Both the position numbers and the translations under genes were made by a program. This document shows, piece by piece, positions 47,972 to 60,960 of a stretch of 64,000 nt of DNA; position 1 is the first letter of the stretch; every line of letters starts with the position of its first letter. The stretch spans positions 62,001 to 126,000 of the forward strand of contig JBDOQK010000020.1 of assembly GCA_040437565.1 (NCBI GenBank), in the 5' to 3' direction. The notes below the pieces were generated by a model. It was given only the letters and a program-made list of their open reading frames with translations. It did no database searches and was not told the origin of the DNA. Source of the DNA: Albugo candida (taxonomy: Eukaryota).

Positions 47972-49933
47972 TGCTATTACCGCCAGTGCTGTGCAAAGTT
48001 TTCGTTTTACAATATTTGCATATTATTGGGTACGAGCTGATCCGAAAAAAGCAGATGTTGTTCAAGATTGTTCAAACTGTCATTAAAAGGGGAAGGATTC
48101 CACCCCTTCTACTCTATAGTGTTTCGCAAGAGGCTCGGCATGAGTAGTGATCCGTTGTTGATATCAGTCAAAATTGCAGCCATTGAAAGAAATCGTGTAG
48201 TGCTTTGGAAGATGTGCTCTGTAGATCCATAAATACTATGGCTCTTCCAGGATCATAGCCGAATATATCATGGCCAATATGGATAGCTTGGACGTGACTT
48301 CGACTTTTTTAAGGTGAGTGCATTTTGGAACTCGTTGCGTATGTGGCGATTAGTAAAATGGTCAATGGATTGATATAAATTACTGCAAAGTGACCTTCAT
48401 CAGAAAATTTCAACGTGGAAAGCTCCATCGTAGTCATGTTCAGACGTGCCACATTTTGTCGATCTTAAAACAAGTCTCATCGCCCGGGCTATCAGACTTT
48501 GGAATTAGATATGTTCGTTGTTGCCCAATGACTCGCCAACTAACTACATACCATATTTAGTGATCAAAAAGCAGCTTTCTTGATGATGAGAAGCCGTTTT
48601 GAGCGAAACCATTAAGCTTCCGTGTTGTCACTAAAGGTTTTACTCTTTGCTCGCTTATTTCGACTATTTCATGAGTTCTTCTCATCGAGAATATCGCATT
48701 GCAACATCAACAATAGCGGACTCGTAATATATTGGGCAACCTTTTCAGTTATGTTTTGGCACTGCAGCAAATTGAATTCTACGCTTGAACCACACCAATC
48801 GCTAGCATCAGCATGGCTGTGCAGACTTACAATAGGCAACCATGCTCCGCGACGAAAAGAATAAGGTGAAGTCGAGTGCCAATTATCAATAGAGCTTGTG
48901 AGNNNNNNNNNNNNNNNNNNNNNNNNNNNNNNNNNNNNNNNNNNNNNNNNNNNNNNNNNNNNNNNNNNNNNNNNNNNNNNNNNNNNNNNNNNNNNNNNNN
49001 NNTGCTATTACCGCCAGTGCTGTGCAAAGTTTTCGTTTTACAATATTTGCATATTATTGGGTACGAGCTGATCCGAAAAAAGCAGATGTTGTTCAAGATT
49101 GTTCAAACTGTCATTAAAAGGGGAAGGATTCCACCCCTTCTACTCTATAGTGTTTCGCAAGAGGCTCGGCATGAGTAGTGATCCGTTGTTGATATCAGTC
49201 AAAATTGCAGCCATTGAAAGAAATCGTGTAGTGCTTTGGAAGATGTGCTCTGTAGATCCATAAATACTATGGCTCTTCCAGGATCATAGCCGAATATATC
49301 ATGGCCAATATGGATAGCTTGGACGTGACTTCGACTTTTTTAAGGTGAGTGCATTTTGGAACTCGTTGCGTATGTGGCGATTAGTAAAATGGTCAATGGA
49401 TTGATATAAATTACTGCAAAGTGACCTTCATCAGAAAATTTCAACGTGGAAAGCTCCATCGTAGTCATGTTCAGACGTGCCACATTTTGTCGATCTTAAA
49501 ACAAGTCTCATCGCCCGGGCTATCAGACTTTGGAATTAGATATGTTCGTTGTTGCCCAATGACTCGCCAACTAACTACATACCATATTTAGTGATCAAAA
49601 AGCAGCTTTCTTGATGATGAGAAGCCGTTTTGAGCGAAACCATTAAGCTTCCGTGTTGTCACTAAAGGTTTTACTCTTTGCTCGCTTATTTCGACTATTT
49701 CATGAGTTCTTCTCATCGAGAATATCGCATTGCAACATCAACAATAGCGGACTCGTAATATATTGGGCAACCTTTTCAGTTATGTTTTGGCACTGCAGCA
49801 AATTGAATTCTACGCTTGAACCACACCAATCGCTAGCATCAGCATGGCTGTGCAGACTTACAATAGGCAACCATGCTCCGCGACGAAAAGAATAAGGTGA
49901 AGTCGAGTGCCAATTATCAATAGAGCTTGTGAG
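47972..49933. other. Gap-flanking duplication (47972-48902 = 49003-49933), probable assembly artefact
   Basis: Apparently identical copies around a 100-N gap, offset 1031. Confidence 0.85.
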
Positions 49934-50322
49934 GTCGGTCTGATCTTAGTTTATCTGTGGAGCCTCGCCACAAATAAAGCGCTGAATATTCTCTGACAAT
50001 CGTCACGCAAAGATACCTTGTCTGACCCATCTAATGTCCTGTAAGCTACTTTTTGTACTCCGTTACGTAAAAGAACAACCTATAAAGGACGTGGACGTGG
50101 CCCCACGAAACTTTGATCAGATAAGTATTTTCACTCAACGACGTTGGATCCATTCGCGACTTAGTCCAGTCATGGTTTCAGCATAGCCGGCACGATTGTG
50201 TCGTCGAATATTTTGCTCCATTCAGTCGTCCAGGGTCTCGCTATAGCCACTGTCTACACATATCTTAAATGTCAAGTAGACGCCCATACCTATGTTAAGT
50301 CCGGCAAACCAAGAAGCAGGAA

Positions 50323-52028
50323 ATGGTCGAACTTAACGAAGTGGCAAGGAACTCTGCCTCTGAGCCGCAAGCCATTGAGAGGCAATCGGAAGAGCTCTCT
50401 ACAGCTGTTTTTGAAACCAATCCTGAGAATAATATTATCTCGCCAACGACTGTGAATGCGGCAACCAATCCCGAAGCACTGACAGAAGGTCTTGCAATGC
50501 TACTATTCGTTTATCGAAACTACAGAAAATCTCATAAATGATAACATTTCCTAGTGTCAATTACGACAGAATCTGTCGGATCAAAACGAAAACTGAACGA
50601 TGAGGTTGTACCGACGCAAATTGATTGTGGCGCTACAGAAATCAATACGGATTTAGCGGGTACTGAATCGAAAAAAATGCCAGCGATTAACTGAGAATTG
50701 CTTTTTTATAGCCCCAGTTGTTATGAAGGATATCTCTTCGTCGATTTCAGCTTCCAGAGAAGAATTAGCCAGAAAAGAGGAAGAAAATGGTCTCATCAAA
50801 TTTGAAGTAATCAAAAATGATGGTGAAGCTGAACATATGATACAGCTCACAACGCTGAAGAATATTTTTGCACGTCAATTGCCTAAAATGCCTCGAGAGT
50901 ATATAGTTCGACTGGTGTTTGACCGAAATCATAGATCGCTTCTGCTATTGAAGGATGGTACACGAGTGATTGGAGGCATCTCTTATAGACCTTTTGTGGA
51001 ACAGCACTTTGCCGAGATTGCGTTTTGTGCGATCAATGCCGCAGATCAAGTCAGAGGTTATGGCACTAGGCTGATGAACCATCTAAAGGAACACGTAAAG
51101 ACGATAGGAATCAATTACTTTTTGACGTATGCGGACAACTATGCTATCGGCTATTTCAAAAAGCAGGGATTTTCCAAGATTGTATCACAGCCAAAATCCA
51201 AGTGGTTTGGATATATCAAGGATTATGACGGTGGAACACTCATGGAGTGCTTGATATACCCGAATTTTAACTATCTCAGAACTGCCAGTTTGGTTCATAA
51301 GCAACGAATGGTATGCAAAATTTACTCGTCACTATACACTTTACTATACAAGCACAATGTTCCAGAAAATCTACCAAAAGCTTCAAAAGCGCTCTCGTGC
51401 GCAATTGGTGTATCCAGGCCTTACAAATTTTGTCGAGTCGCGTCTCATTGATATTCATACCATCCCAGGGATCCGTACGTCGATTGTTTGCTGTGAATCG
51501 AGCCTCGTGTCAACTGAGTCGTATTTGCAGGAGAGGCGGGATGGTCACAAGCAATGGTGCGCAATAACAAACTGGGGTAAGCGTAATGAAAGCTGGATGT
51601 ATTTCATGTTGATCGCTCTCTTTTCATCTTAGATCCCGGGATCACGGTTCCTTGAAAACGCGTTTGACGCAGCTCTGGAAGGCGATTTCTAGTCACCGAA
51701 GTGCATGGCCTTTTCATGAACCTGTCGATACCAAAGTGGTGATTGATTACTTAGATCACATCAAAGTACCTATCGACTTATCTGAGATTGCGAAACGCAT
51801 CGATCGTGGTGCTTACTTGTCAAAGGCGGCATTCAAGGCTGATTTAGAGTTAATGTGCAAGAATTGTACCACGTACAATACTCCTGATACAACCTACCAC
51901 AAGTACGCTGGTAATCACGGTGTCAAGTTTTCCTGCTGATGATTCGATGCTCTAGAGCCGCCGTTGACCTTCAAGAATTCATCGATCGTAGGATACAAAT
52001 TCGAGGGAGCGATGTCCAGGAAGCGTAA
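50323..52028 (+). CDS. GCN5: GCN5 histone acetyltransferase with bromodomain (multi-exon)
   Basis: LKNIFARQLPKMPREYIVRLVFD, FAEIAFCA, QVRGYGTRLMNHLK, YADNYAIGYFKKQGF and GYIKDYDGGTLMEC; bromodomain AWPFHEPVD...NCTTYN. Last exon 51956-52028. Confidence 0.95.
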
Positions 52029-52260
52029 TCACTCTTTTGGATTCGTCTTGAGCAATGCAAACAGTCAATGTATTCCTGGTGCTAGCTTGATCTTATTCAT
52101 CTTGCAGAACACACTGATTCGACCCCTGTAGGTACGTCGCAAGACGAGTGAATTTCTACAGCAGGGTAAGCTTGGAGAATGGTAATGCTGTGTGAAATGT
52201 GATGGGAATAAAATCGACTTATATTTGCTCTGCTGAGATGAATACAATATACATCAAGCC

Positions 52261-53878
52261 TCAACGTTTTCTGTTACCGGAACGCCAGGGAGCATTGTCA
52301 CTGAAAATCGGAATAAAATTGTTGATGGCATCTCGTTGATTCTGAACAATGCATTCACATATCCAGACGATATTGCGAATTTCCTGCTCCTTCAGCTTCA
52401 CGTAGCCATAGAAGCAACCTTTCGTATTGAGGCGGAAAAACAATCAGAGTTTTGAAGGAGCAATCACTGATAGACAGACATACCGAAATGCATTTGGCTC
52501 TGGAAAGTAAGCTCTGCCATTTGCACTTCTTGTTCGAAAAATGCGTCATCGATTGATTTATTATCAATTCCTTGCGATTGATGAACCTCCCATATTTTCT
52601 TGTACACTGGATACGAATCAAGAACCGATCCAATCGAGCCCTCATCGCCAGCATCTGCGAGTGCTTCTGTCCCTTCCGGATACAGATCTCCGATCGAAGG
52701 ATACAAAGGCTTCCGTTCGGAAATACGCATCGCGGGCTGTGACAGACGGAACCGAATTTATTGCGTATAATGAACGACCTTTATCTCTACCTCATTCAGT
52801 GGAGTTCCAAACGAATTGAGTGTTATATTAATCGCGATGCGATCAGCTCTTGCACGTAACACTTCTCCCATCACGACAGCCGTCTCACCGCCAAGTTTCT
52901 AGCGCGATTTCATCAGACAACACTCCGTGAAGTTGACGCGTATCCAAACCTGACTAAAATTATAAAAGTCCTCTAACCAAAGTTTAAGCATGCTGTTTCG
53001 TATAAGCTCCATCTGTACTTCTTCCAATACATTGCGCACTTCAGAAATACCATCGAGTCGATCACTTCCTCCGCTTTCTTCAAGAAATTGACTGAAATAC
53101 TGTCCTGTGTACGGATAAAATAAGCCGAAAGCCACGCTTTTCAACACGCTAACTATACCAATGGGAGTGTCGATCAAAACCGTTTCATAGAGATCCGAAT
53201 ACCCTTTGCCACTAACTTCAAAAGTACAAATACTTCGCATAATCGACTCGTCAAATTTACCCAAAGGATGGAGCTAAGCACCAAACACCAAATAGCACGT
53301 CAGCAAATGTGAACGACCTTCAAAATGCCAAAATATTACTTTTTCGATCAGTTCGTTTACATCACGCCCATTCAATGTGCCTTTGAGCAGCAAAATGACA
53401 TTATCGATCATGTATTCGTATCTACAGATATCACGTTTGCTAAATGGATCCTTCACTATTGATTTCGTACGTTATAAAATCGAGAAACTTTCCAAGTGGC
53501 TCCGCTGCTTGAGCCCTTAGGAATTGTATCTCAGCGACGAGCTTATTTGTCATTCCGCCTTGCACAATCCCTGGAGATATCACTCCTGCCTTTATAACAT
53601 GATTATAGATTTATAGGTTATGTCATTGTACTTTGTAGTCTACCTCATCCGCTAAGAATTGGTCGTAGTCTGTTTCCTGGAGGTTAAGTTTGATATCTGT
53701 AAAAAGACTCAGTAACGTGTCCGATAAAGCGGTGATTCAGACCTTCCAGGGTTTCGCATTGGGTCAAATGGTGATAATCAACGTCATCTAAGAATGTCGA
53801 TCGATAGCCTCGTACAAGTCCTTCCACGTAGCCGTGTTGGATGTTGAACGTTGTGATGTCGCCCGCAGCAGTCACCAT
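52261..53878 (-). CDS. VMA6: V-type proton ATPase V0 subunit d (multi-exon)
   Basis: [50 protein letters not shown] and [22 protein letters not shown]. Confidence 0.95.
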
Positions 53879-53946
53879 GAACAAAAGTGAGATTTACGGG
53901 AAACACTTGTACAACATTCCAACAACCTGTTCGTTATAACAAGCCA

Positions 53947-54000
53947 GTTGAGTTAAAAACATTTAGAACTTTTGGATCGAAACATTATGAGCAATACCGC
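53947..54000 (+). repeat. Short fragment of the dispersed repeat family at 18575-19010
   Basis: gttgagttaaaaacatttagaacttttggatcgaaa...gcaataccgc matches the reverse complement of ~18583-18636 at roughly 44 of 54 positions. Confidence 0.6.
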
Positions 54001-55611
54001 GGTATAACTGATTCTAGTAAAGAAAGTATTAAAGTGCCCACAGAAGTCCTGTGCAATAAAGTAAAGGCAATAAAAAATTGTACGTATCCAGTATGCAGAT
54101 CGCTTATAAAGGTGGCTAAAAATGCACGAAGAATACACGGCTTGGACTCGTTTGCCTAGTACAATTTCTAACTTTTTTTCGCTTGCGCCTGCGTACGTAG
54201 GATACCACCGATATACGTATTGAATAATGATAAAGCTCTAAAGGCGATCTCTTCATTGGGCACAATCGTCTGCCATTGAGATCCTATCGATACATAAAAA
54301 GCATTGGAAAGCATCGACGAAAATGGGACGTACTTCAAACATCACGAGCCCAACTCCCTCACTTTACACACATAATCATCCACTTTCAAGTACTGCCGCT
54401 GCATGGACGAATGAGAAGCGAAAACGACGAAAAAAGGGTCAACGTGAAGCATCCGATGTAATCGTCTCACTGTATTGTTGGATCAAATCGCGATACAACG
54501 CCGGTACTAGCTCCTGGTACCAACAATAAAAAAACATGCAATTGATGATTTTGGTCTTTCTTATCTGGAATTAGGAATTATATCATCTGATCGAGCCTTT
54601 TTGAAGACAGGTTCGACAGGTGGATGGTAAAGAAATGGGAGCTTGTCAAGCATTCATATCTAAATTGTTGAAACGTACACTATACTTGAGGCACCGAGTG
54701 TGCAATACACACGACATGCGAAACGACGACTATGAGGTATGACACATCATTCGAGGGGTCTTGATTGGTCGCCCGAAGGAGACTGTTAAATTTGATAATA
54801 TANNNNNNNNNNNNNNNNNNNNNNNNNNNNNNNNNNNNNNNNNNNNNNNNNNNNNNNNNNNNNNNNNNNNNNNNNNNNNNNNNNNNNNNNNNNNNNNNNN
54901 NNCGAAGGAGACTGTTAAATTTGATAATATACTTCCCCTTCACCGAAAACTAACACAAATATCTCCAGTCACAATCCTTTTGGTTGCTTTATTTCATCTG
55001 AAACAGATCCATCATCACGTCTGCTGCTTGTGCTGCAGACTGATCTTCGCATCGTTATATTGCTCAAAGTACTGGGTACGAGATGTTCAATAGATTATTT
55101 GTTTTGTGGATGACGCTGTAGTCATTCTTCATTAAACACGTTCATGGTGGAGATCTCTCTTGGAGGTCACTGTGGAGTATACCGACTCGGAATGTGATAG
55201 CGGCTAGTACAATCAGCAGCCACATATTGAGGCCGACTTGCCCTTCATCGGGAAAAAGAAGCCATAGCAAGAAAGGAAAAGCCGTCTGCAAAGAAGTGGC
55301 ACCACCGTTCATGGATGAGGGAGATGAAGACGTGTAGGCTGTACAGTTGATGCTGAGATGTTGGAAAATGGAGAAACATCCAGATATATTGGAGCATGAT
55401 TGTGGCACTGTCAGCACTCGAAAGACTCGTAAGACTATCGACCCTACAGGTACACATTTCGACTAGGATATTAGGACTGGACCTAAAAGTTGCGAATTCT
55501 TAAGCAAAACTTGCGTGCGAAAAATACGAAGATTTACGAAACAATTTTTCTCAATGATTATATTGCTGGAATGGAGCTTTTATCTGACGGAGAATGAGCG
55601 ACTGAGAACTA

Positions 55612-55794
55612 TTTGCACTACCGAGTAAAAATCACGTGCTGGGCTTGCCAGTGGATCAACACATTACTTTACGATACAAGCAGCCAGATGGAAAGGTTGC
55701 CATGCGCTCTTACACTCCCATCACATCGGATGACACACTTGGATATGTGGACCTTGTTGTCAAAGTCTATTTCAAAGACGTTCATCCAAAGTTC
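55612..55794 (+). pseudogene. Isolated fragment of an NADH-cytochrome b5 reductase / nitrate reductase FAD-binding domain (artefactual second copy at 56179-56361)
   Basis: [61 protein letters not shown] has the RxYTP and VKVYFKxxHPKF signatures. Flanking sequence is unrelated and the GGKMSQ continuation is missing. Confidence 0.8.
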
Positions 55795-57261
55795 CGTTCT
55801 TCGATAGGAACCTATCAAGACGTCCAAGTCGCTAGAGATGCTCAAGGACCTCATCGATGGACATGAATCCGATGAAGTATATGGGGTGGTAGAAGCACTC
55901 CATGNNNNNNNNNNNNNNNNNNNNNNNNNNNNNNNNNNNNNNNNNNNNNNNNNNNNNNNNNNNNNNNNNNNNNNNNNNNNNNNNNNNNNNNNNNNNNNNN
56001 NNNNTCGACCCTACAGGTACACATTTCGACTAGGATATTAGGACTGGACCTAAAAGTTGCGAATTCTTAAGCAAAACTTGCGTGCGAAAAATACGAAGAT
56101 TTACGAAACAATTTTTCTCAATGATTATATTGCTGGAATGGAGCTTTTATCTGACGGAGAATGAGCGACTGAGAACTATTTGCACTACCGAGTAAAAATC
56201 ACGTGCTGGGCTTGCCAGTGGATCAACACATTACTTTACGATACAAGCAGCCAGATGGAAAGGTTGCCATGCGCTCTTACACTCCCATCACATCGGATGA
56301 CACACTTGGATATGTGGACCTTGTTGTCAAAGTCTATTTCAAAGACGTTCATCCAAAGTTCCGTTCTTCGATAGGAACCTATCAAGACGTCCAAGTCGCT
56401 AGAGATGCTCAAGGACCTCATCGATGGACATGAATCCGATGAAGTATATGGGGTGGTAGAAGCACTCCATGAGAAACATGGTCTCGTATTACTTTGTACA
56501 GCCAGTCGTCGACCACCGTCTCGAGCTGATTCAGTATACTGACTTGAAAGCAACAAAGTACAAATTCAAAACCCTCAATTTGAGCGCTTTTGGAACATTC
56601 GATCTTCATCAGCTTCGAGCAAGAATTTGTTTGATATTTTCCAATCAAGCTTGCCTCCGCAGCTTACACATACACAAAGACAGGCGTCTGGAATGAAGAC
56701 CACGGAAGGTGACGCACAACGTACTGGAACAACAGAATCTTTTACGAGATTGCACCGTTTCAGCTAAATCGTGTCTTTCATATTGCCTCGCAACTGCTAT
56801 GGAAACGAACGTTTTCTATGATTTCCGGAACTATGGGATACAAATGTATTCGCATAATCTCTGTTCGTGTGAATCCAAGCCTATATAGAGTTTTGGAAGG
56901 CGCTGAAGAGGGCAAACTTGACGACGCTTTATCGCTTCTTGGTCTTATTGCACGTTCGGTCGATCCGTCTCGAACGCTATGGCAATTTGGACATCCAAGA
57001 ACTTATTTGCGTCTACAAACTGTTTATGCATAACATGGTGCATTGCACGTCTTCTCAAGCTGGAATTACTATCAAAGTAACACGTCTGTACACAGCTGGA
57101 TATCGTGACGAAAGAATCGATTGGCGAAAGTGTCGTCAAAATAAAATCAATGTGCGAGTGTTTTATTGGGAATCGTAAAATACGATACGGACGCTTTCAA
57201 TGTCAACGCTGGTCATGAATATACACCACTCGGAATCGCTGATCGAGGAGCTCTTTCCGAC

Positions 57262-59499
57262 CTCAAGTTACCCATTCAGAGAGTGCTCGAATGTGGTCGT
57301 GTACCAACTTCGAAGAAATATGCCAACGTTACCGAACAACGCGCTCAGATAATGCAAGCAGATACAAACGCAGAGTGAAGGTCGATACAAGTGCAGATAT
57401 AGGTGTGAGCTTACCAGCCGTTGGGTTTGTTCGGGCAGCAACTGGAAAAAGAGCTTGAGCATACACCGATACAAAAAGAATTCTTTGCAGCGGAGCCGCG
57501 CTTTGAAAGATGAGAAATGAATCGCTACTATCAAAGTCACATCAGCGAGTACATCACGTGTCATACACTTACCTTCTGCTACTTCTCGCTGCCTCAGTTT
57601 TTGGACGAAGCAATGTACTCGATGGCAACGCAGGAATGCGTTATGGTATCTCCAGAGAACTTGATTGGAACAAACCATCGCTATTTCAGTACTCTTTTGG
57701 TGTATTGGACCGGATAATCGACTTTTGCACCTATCAATCGTTTTGGAATTTGTTGAAAGTCGTTTTGACCAACGTACAGATGCAAGACGCTGCATCCAAT
57801 GCTAGCCAAGCTGGGGATGAAGACCATGCAATGGAAATGTGTCGAACCAACCACTTTATCGGTCTATTTACATAGCACAGAGTGTGGATGTTTTCTTGGA
57901 ATTTGAAGCAGGTGCATCTAGCTCGAACGCATTAGAAACATTGTATCTGAAGAAGACGATACATATGCACAAGAAGCCAACTCAACTACCTGTACTGCCA
58001 CAGTCTCTACCGTCAGTGAATTAAGTAGTTACCTTCAGAGACTCGTCGACGCAAGGAAATTTGAACAGTACATGCTGACGAAATTTCTGATCAGTGAAAG
58101 TACAAAGTATGGACGCACGTTGAATCACTGGGAATGTTTTATCGTGCGAGATCACCGGATGGATAAACTTTCTCCAATGGGATCGAAATCTAGACTACCT
58201 CGAACAACTAATTCTCTCAATTAGCTGTGGTTTTTCCCGCAAAGGAATGTTTGCCTGATTGTGGCTGTGGTTAAAGATCAGAGTGGAGATAGGATATGCA
58301 TGTATCATGATAGCTAAAGCGAAGGAATTGNNNNNNNNNNNNNNNNNNNNNNNNNNNNNNNNNNNNNNNNNNNNNNNNNNNNNNNNNNNNNNNNNNNNNN
58401 NNNNNNNNNNNNNNNNNNNNNNNNNNNNNNCTCAAGTTACCCATTCAGAGAGTGCTCGAATGTGGTCGTGTACCAACTTCGAAGAAATATGCCAACGTTA
58501 CCGAACAACGCGCTCAGATAATGCAAGCAGATACAAACGCAGAGTGAAGGTCGATACAAGTGCAGATATAGGTGTGAGCTTACCAGCCGTTGGGTTTGTT
58601 CGGGCAGCAACTGGAAAAAGAGCTTGAGCATACACCGATACAAAAAGAATTCTTTGCAGCGGAGCCGCGCTTTGAAAGATGAGAAATGAATCGCTACTAT
58701 CAAAGTCACATCAGCGAGTACATCACGTGTCATACACTTACCTTCTGCTACTTCTCGCTGCCTCAGTTTTTGGACGAAGCAATGTACTCGATGGCAACGC
58801 AGGAATGCGTTATGGTATCTCCAGAGAACTTGATTGGAACAAACCATCGCTATTTCAGTACTCTTTTGGTGTATTGGACCGGATAATCGACTTTTGCACC
58901 TATCAATCGTTTTGGAATTTGTTGAAAGTCGTTTTGACCAACGTACAGATGCAAGACGCTGCATCCAATGCTAGCCAAGCTGGGGATGAAGACCATGCAA
59001 TGGAAATGTGTCGAACCAACCACTTTATCGGTCTATTTACATAGCACAGAGTGTGGATGTTTTCTTGGAATTTGAAGCAGGTGCATCTAGCTCGAACGCA
59101 TTAGAAACATTGTATCTGAAGAAGACGATACATATGCACAAGAAGCCAACTCAACTACCTGTACTGCCACAGTCTCTACCGTCAGTGAATTAAGTAGTTA
59201 CCTTCAGAGACTCGTCGACGCAAGGAAATTTGAACAGTACATGCTGACGAAATTTCTGATCAGTGAAAGTACAAAGTATGGACGCACGTTGAATCACTGG
59301 GAATGTTTTATCGTGCGAGATCACCGGATGGATAAACTTTCTCCAATGGGATCGAAATCTAGACTACCTCGAACAACTAATTCTCTCAATTAGCTGTGGT
59401 TTTTCCCGCAAAGGAATGTTTGCCTGATTGTGGCTGTGGTTAAAGATCAGAGTGGAGATAGGATATGCATGTATCATGATAGCTAAAGCGAAGGAATTG
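57262..59499. other. Gap-flanking duplication (57262-58330 = 58431-59499), probable assembly artefact
   Basis: Apparently identical copies around a 100-N gap, offset 1169. Confidence 0.85.
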
Positions 59500-59708
59500 T
59501 TCACAAGGGTAATTGTAAAATTGTCGTATTATCATTCAATTAGGGCGTGTTGGAAATGTTATAAGTCGACTGAGGAAATTTTTTAATTCCAAAGATAGTG
59601 AAAGGATATCCGGATATCTAAGCGATTCATGGCTGGGTACATATCGGCTTTCAATCCAATCGACAAACTTGGGGTCGTTTATGCGATCTTTGAATTCCTC
59701 GTCGCCCT

Positions 59709-60191
59709 CTACAGAATAATCAGTCCCCGCGGCGTATAGTTAAAAACAACATCCTTACCTGACAGCCTTTCAAGAACTGCTTCGATAAGCTTGACCTCTT
59801 GCAAGAAACCAACTAATCTCCTGGGCTCCTTTTGCATCCAACGCTCGATATTGAAAAGACAATCTTCGCTCGTCTCGTCTTTGAGTTTTCTTAGCTTTGG
59901 TAAAATCAATTGTTTTAGCTGTTCTAGAATATTAGGTGATGTAGTAACTTCATGCTCGACATTGACCAAGCTTTGGTGGATTTCAAGTACTAAATCCAGG
60001 ATTTCAACAATTTGTTTCTGACTAATTGCTGGGTGCTCTCCCGGATGCAAAATTATGTCGGTCCCTGCTGAATGCGAGCTCGTGTCAGCCTCTTCTGAAT
60101 CTGAAGTGATTTCGCGAAGTTCAACGCCATGCGAAACGTCAAGTAACATTAACGCGATCGTTCCGAAGCTCGTGAATAAGAGCCGAGCCAT
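59709..60191 (-). CDS. Small secreted protein, effector candidate, 160 aa
   Basis: From the second ATG (60191): signal-peptide-like MARLLFTSFGTIALMLLDVSHG, then VELREITSDSEE and a helical-looking C-terminus. Intronless, in a gene-sparse zone, with an INR-FPR directly upstream. Confidence 0.65.
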   Translation of the reverse strand: MARLLFTSFGTIALMLLDVSHGVELREITSDSEEADTSSHSAGTDIILHPGEHPAISQKQIVEILDLVLEIHQSLVNVEHEVTTSPNILEQLKQLILPKLRKLKDETSEDCLFNIERWMQKEPRRLVGFLQEVKLIEAVLERLSGKDVVFNYTPRGLIIL

Positions 60192-60224
60192 TTTGGTTGA
60201 TAGATTGAGTGTGGTGATAGTGGA

Positions 60225-60241
60225 GGAAATTTTGAAAGTGA
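60225..60241 (-). promoter_or_regulatory. Oomycete INR-FPR core promoter motif
   Basis: Minus strand TCACTTTCAAAATTTCC fits INR YCAYTYY plus FPR MWTTTNC, ~35-50 nt upstream of ATG 60191. A CCAAT lies on the minus strand near 60272-60276. Confidence 0.6.
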
Positions 60242-60554
60242 GACTGTTCCACCAATCTTGTTTTCCCACGGATTGGAATGATGGCTGATAAACCAGTTGC
60301 TCCATTCTTTTAAAAAATACAACGTTTAGAAATCATGCAACACGACAGTGCTACGTTTGAAAAATAGAATGAGATAATATCGAATCGGGTTATGAAATTG
60401 GAATACCCCGGGCGATAGAAAAACCACTTTGTCATGTATCATAAGTTTCCATTTTATTTCAGCGTGTAGCAGTATTTATTTTAGCATAAGACAACTTTGC
60501 CACGATCTCAGACAAGTGCACAGGTTCTAATATCACTCACTCTAACACAACAGT

Positions 60555-60960
60555 TTAGTTATGGTTATCTACAGCAATTATACTGCTCGGTTCCCTACTA
60601 ATCGTATTTGCTTCTACACCTGCTTGTCTATATCAATCTCAGGGCAGTGAGTGTATAATCTGTGAGTTCACTTTCACCTGAAAAATAATTGCAAATACAA
60701 TTCTTGAGTAAGTGTTATTCGCTAAAATAGATAGACCTGTCTACTTGGATCTGTTTTCTGGGAACTTCTGAGCGAATTGGTTAAATATTAAAATCAGCCT
60801 TCCATAATCTGTCCAATAACAACCTCAATCCCTCAGGGTGTCACATTGTAATGAGCCTATAACATTCTTACCAGCTTGGGAGGGGTGTGGTTACCGTTTG
60901 GTTAAATACGATACTGATGACTGCTTGGCACGACAGCAAGAGCAGTCAGTTTAGATCAAT
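60555..60960 (+). repeat. Dispersed degenerate coding-like repeat, copy B (possible secreted-protein pseudogene)
   Basis: Homologous to the reverse complement of 18660-19010. One frame reads WLSTAIILLGSLLIVFASTPACLYQSQGSECIICEFTFT* with further stops. Confidence 0.7.

Noticed and set aside
47600-50170. Possible multi-exon minus-strand gene between the methyltransferase and GCN5
   Set aside because: Only short ORFs without recognisable motifs; the structure cannot be resolved by eye.
55438-56471. Two tandem reductase fragments
   Set aside because: 55438-55904 equals 56005-56471 across a gap, so only one copy is supported.
56700-59500. Overlapping 120-175 aa ORFs on both strands
   Set aside because: No recognisable domain and frequent stops; duplicated by the gap artefact.
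60192-60305. 38-aa N-terminal extension of the 198-aa ORF
   Set aside because: The INR-FPR lies within it and the downstream ATG gives a signal peptide, so the extension is probably untranslated.
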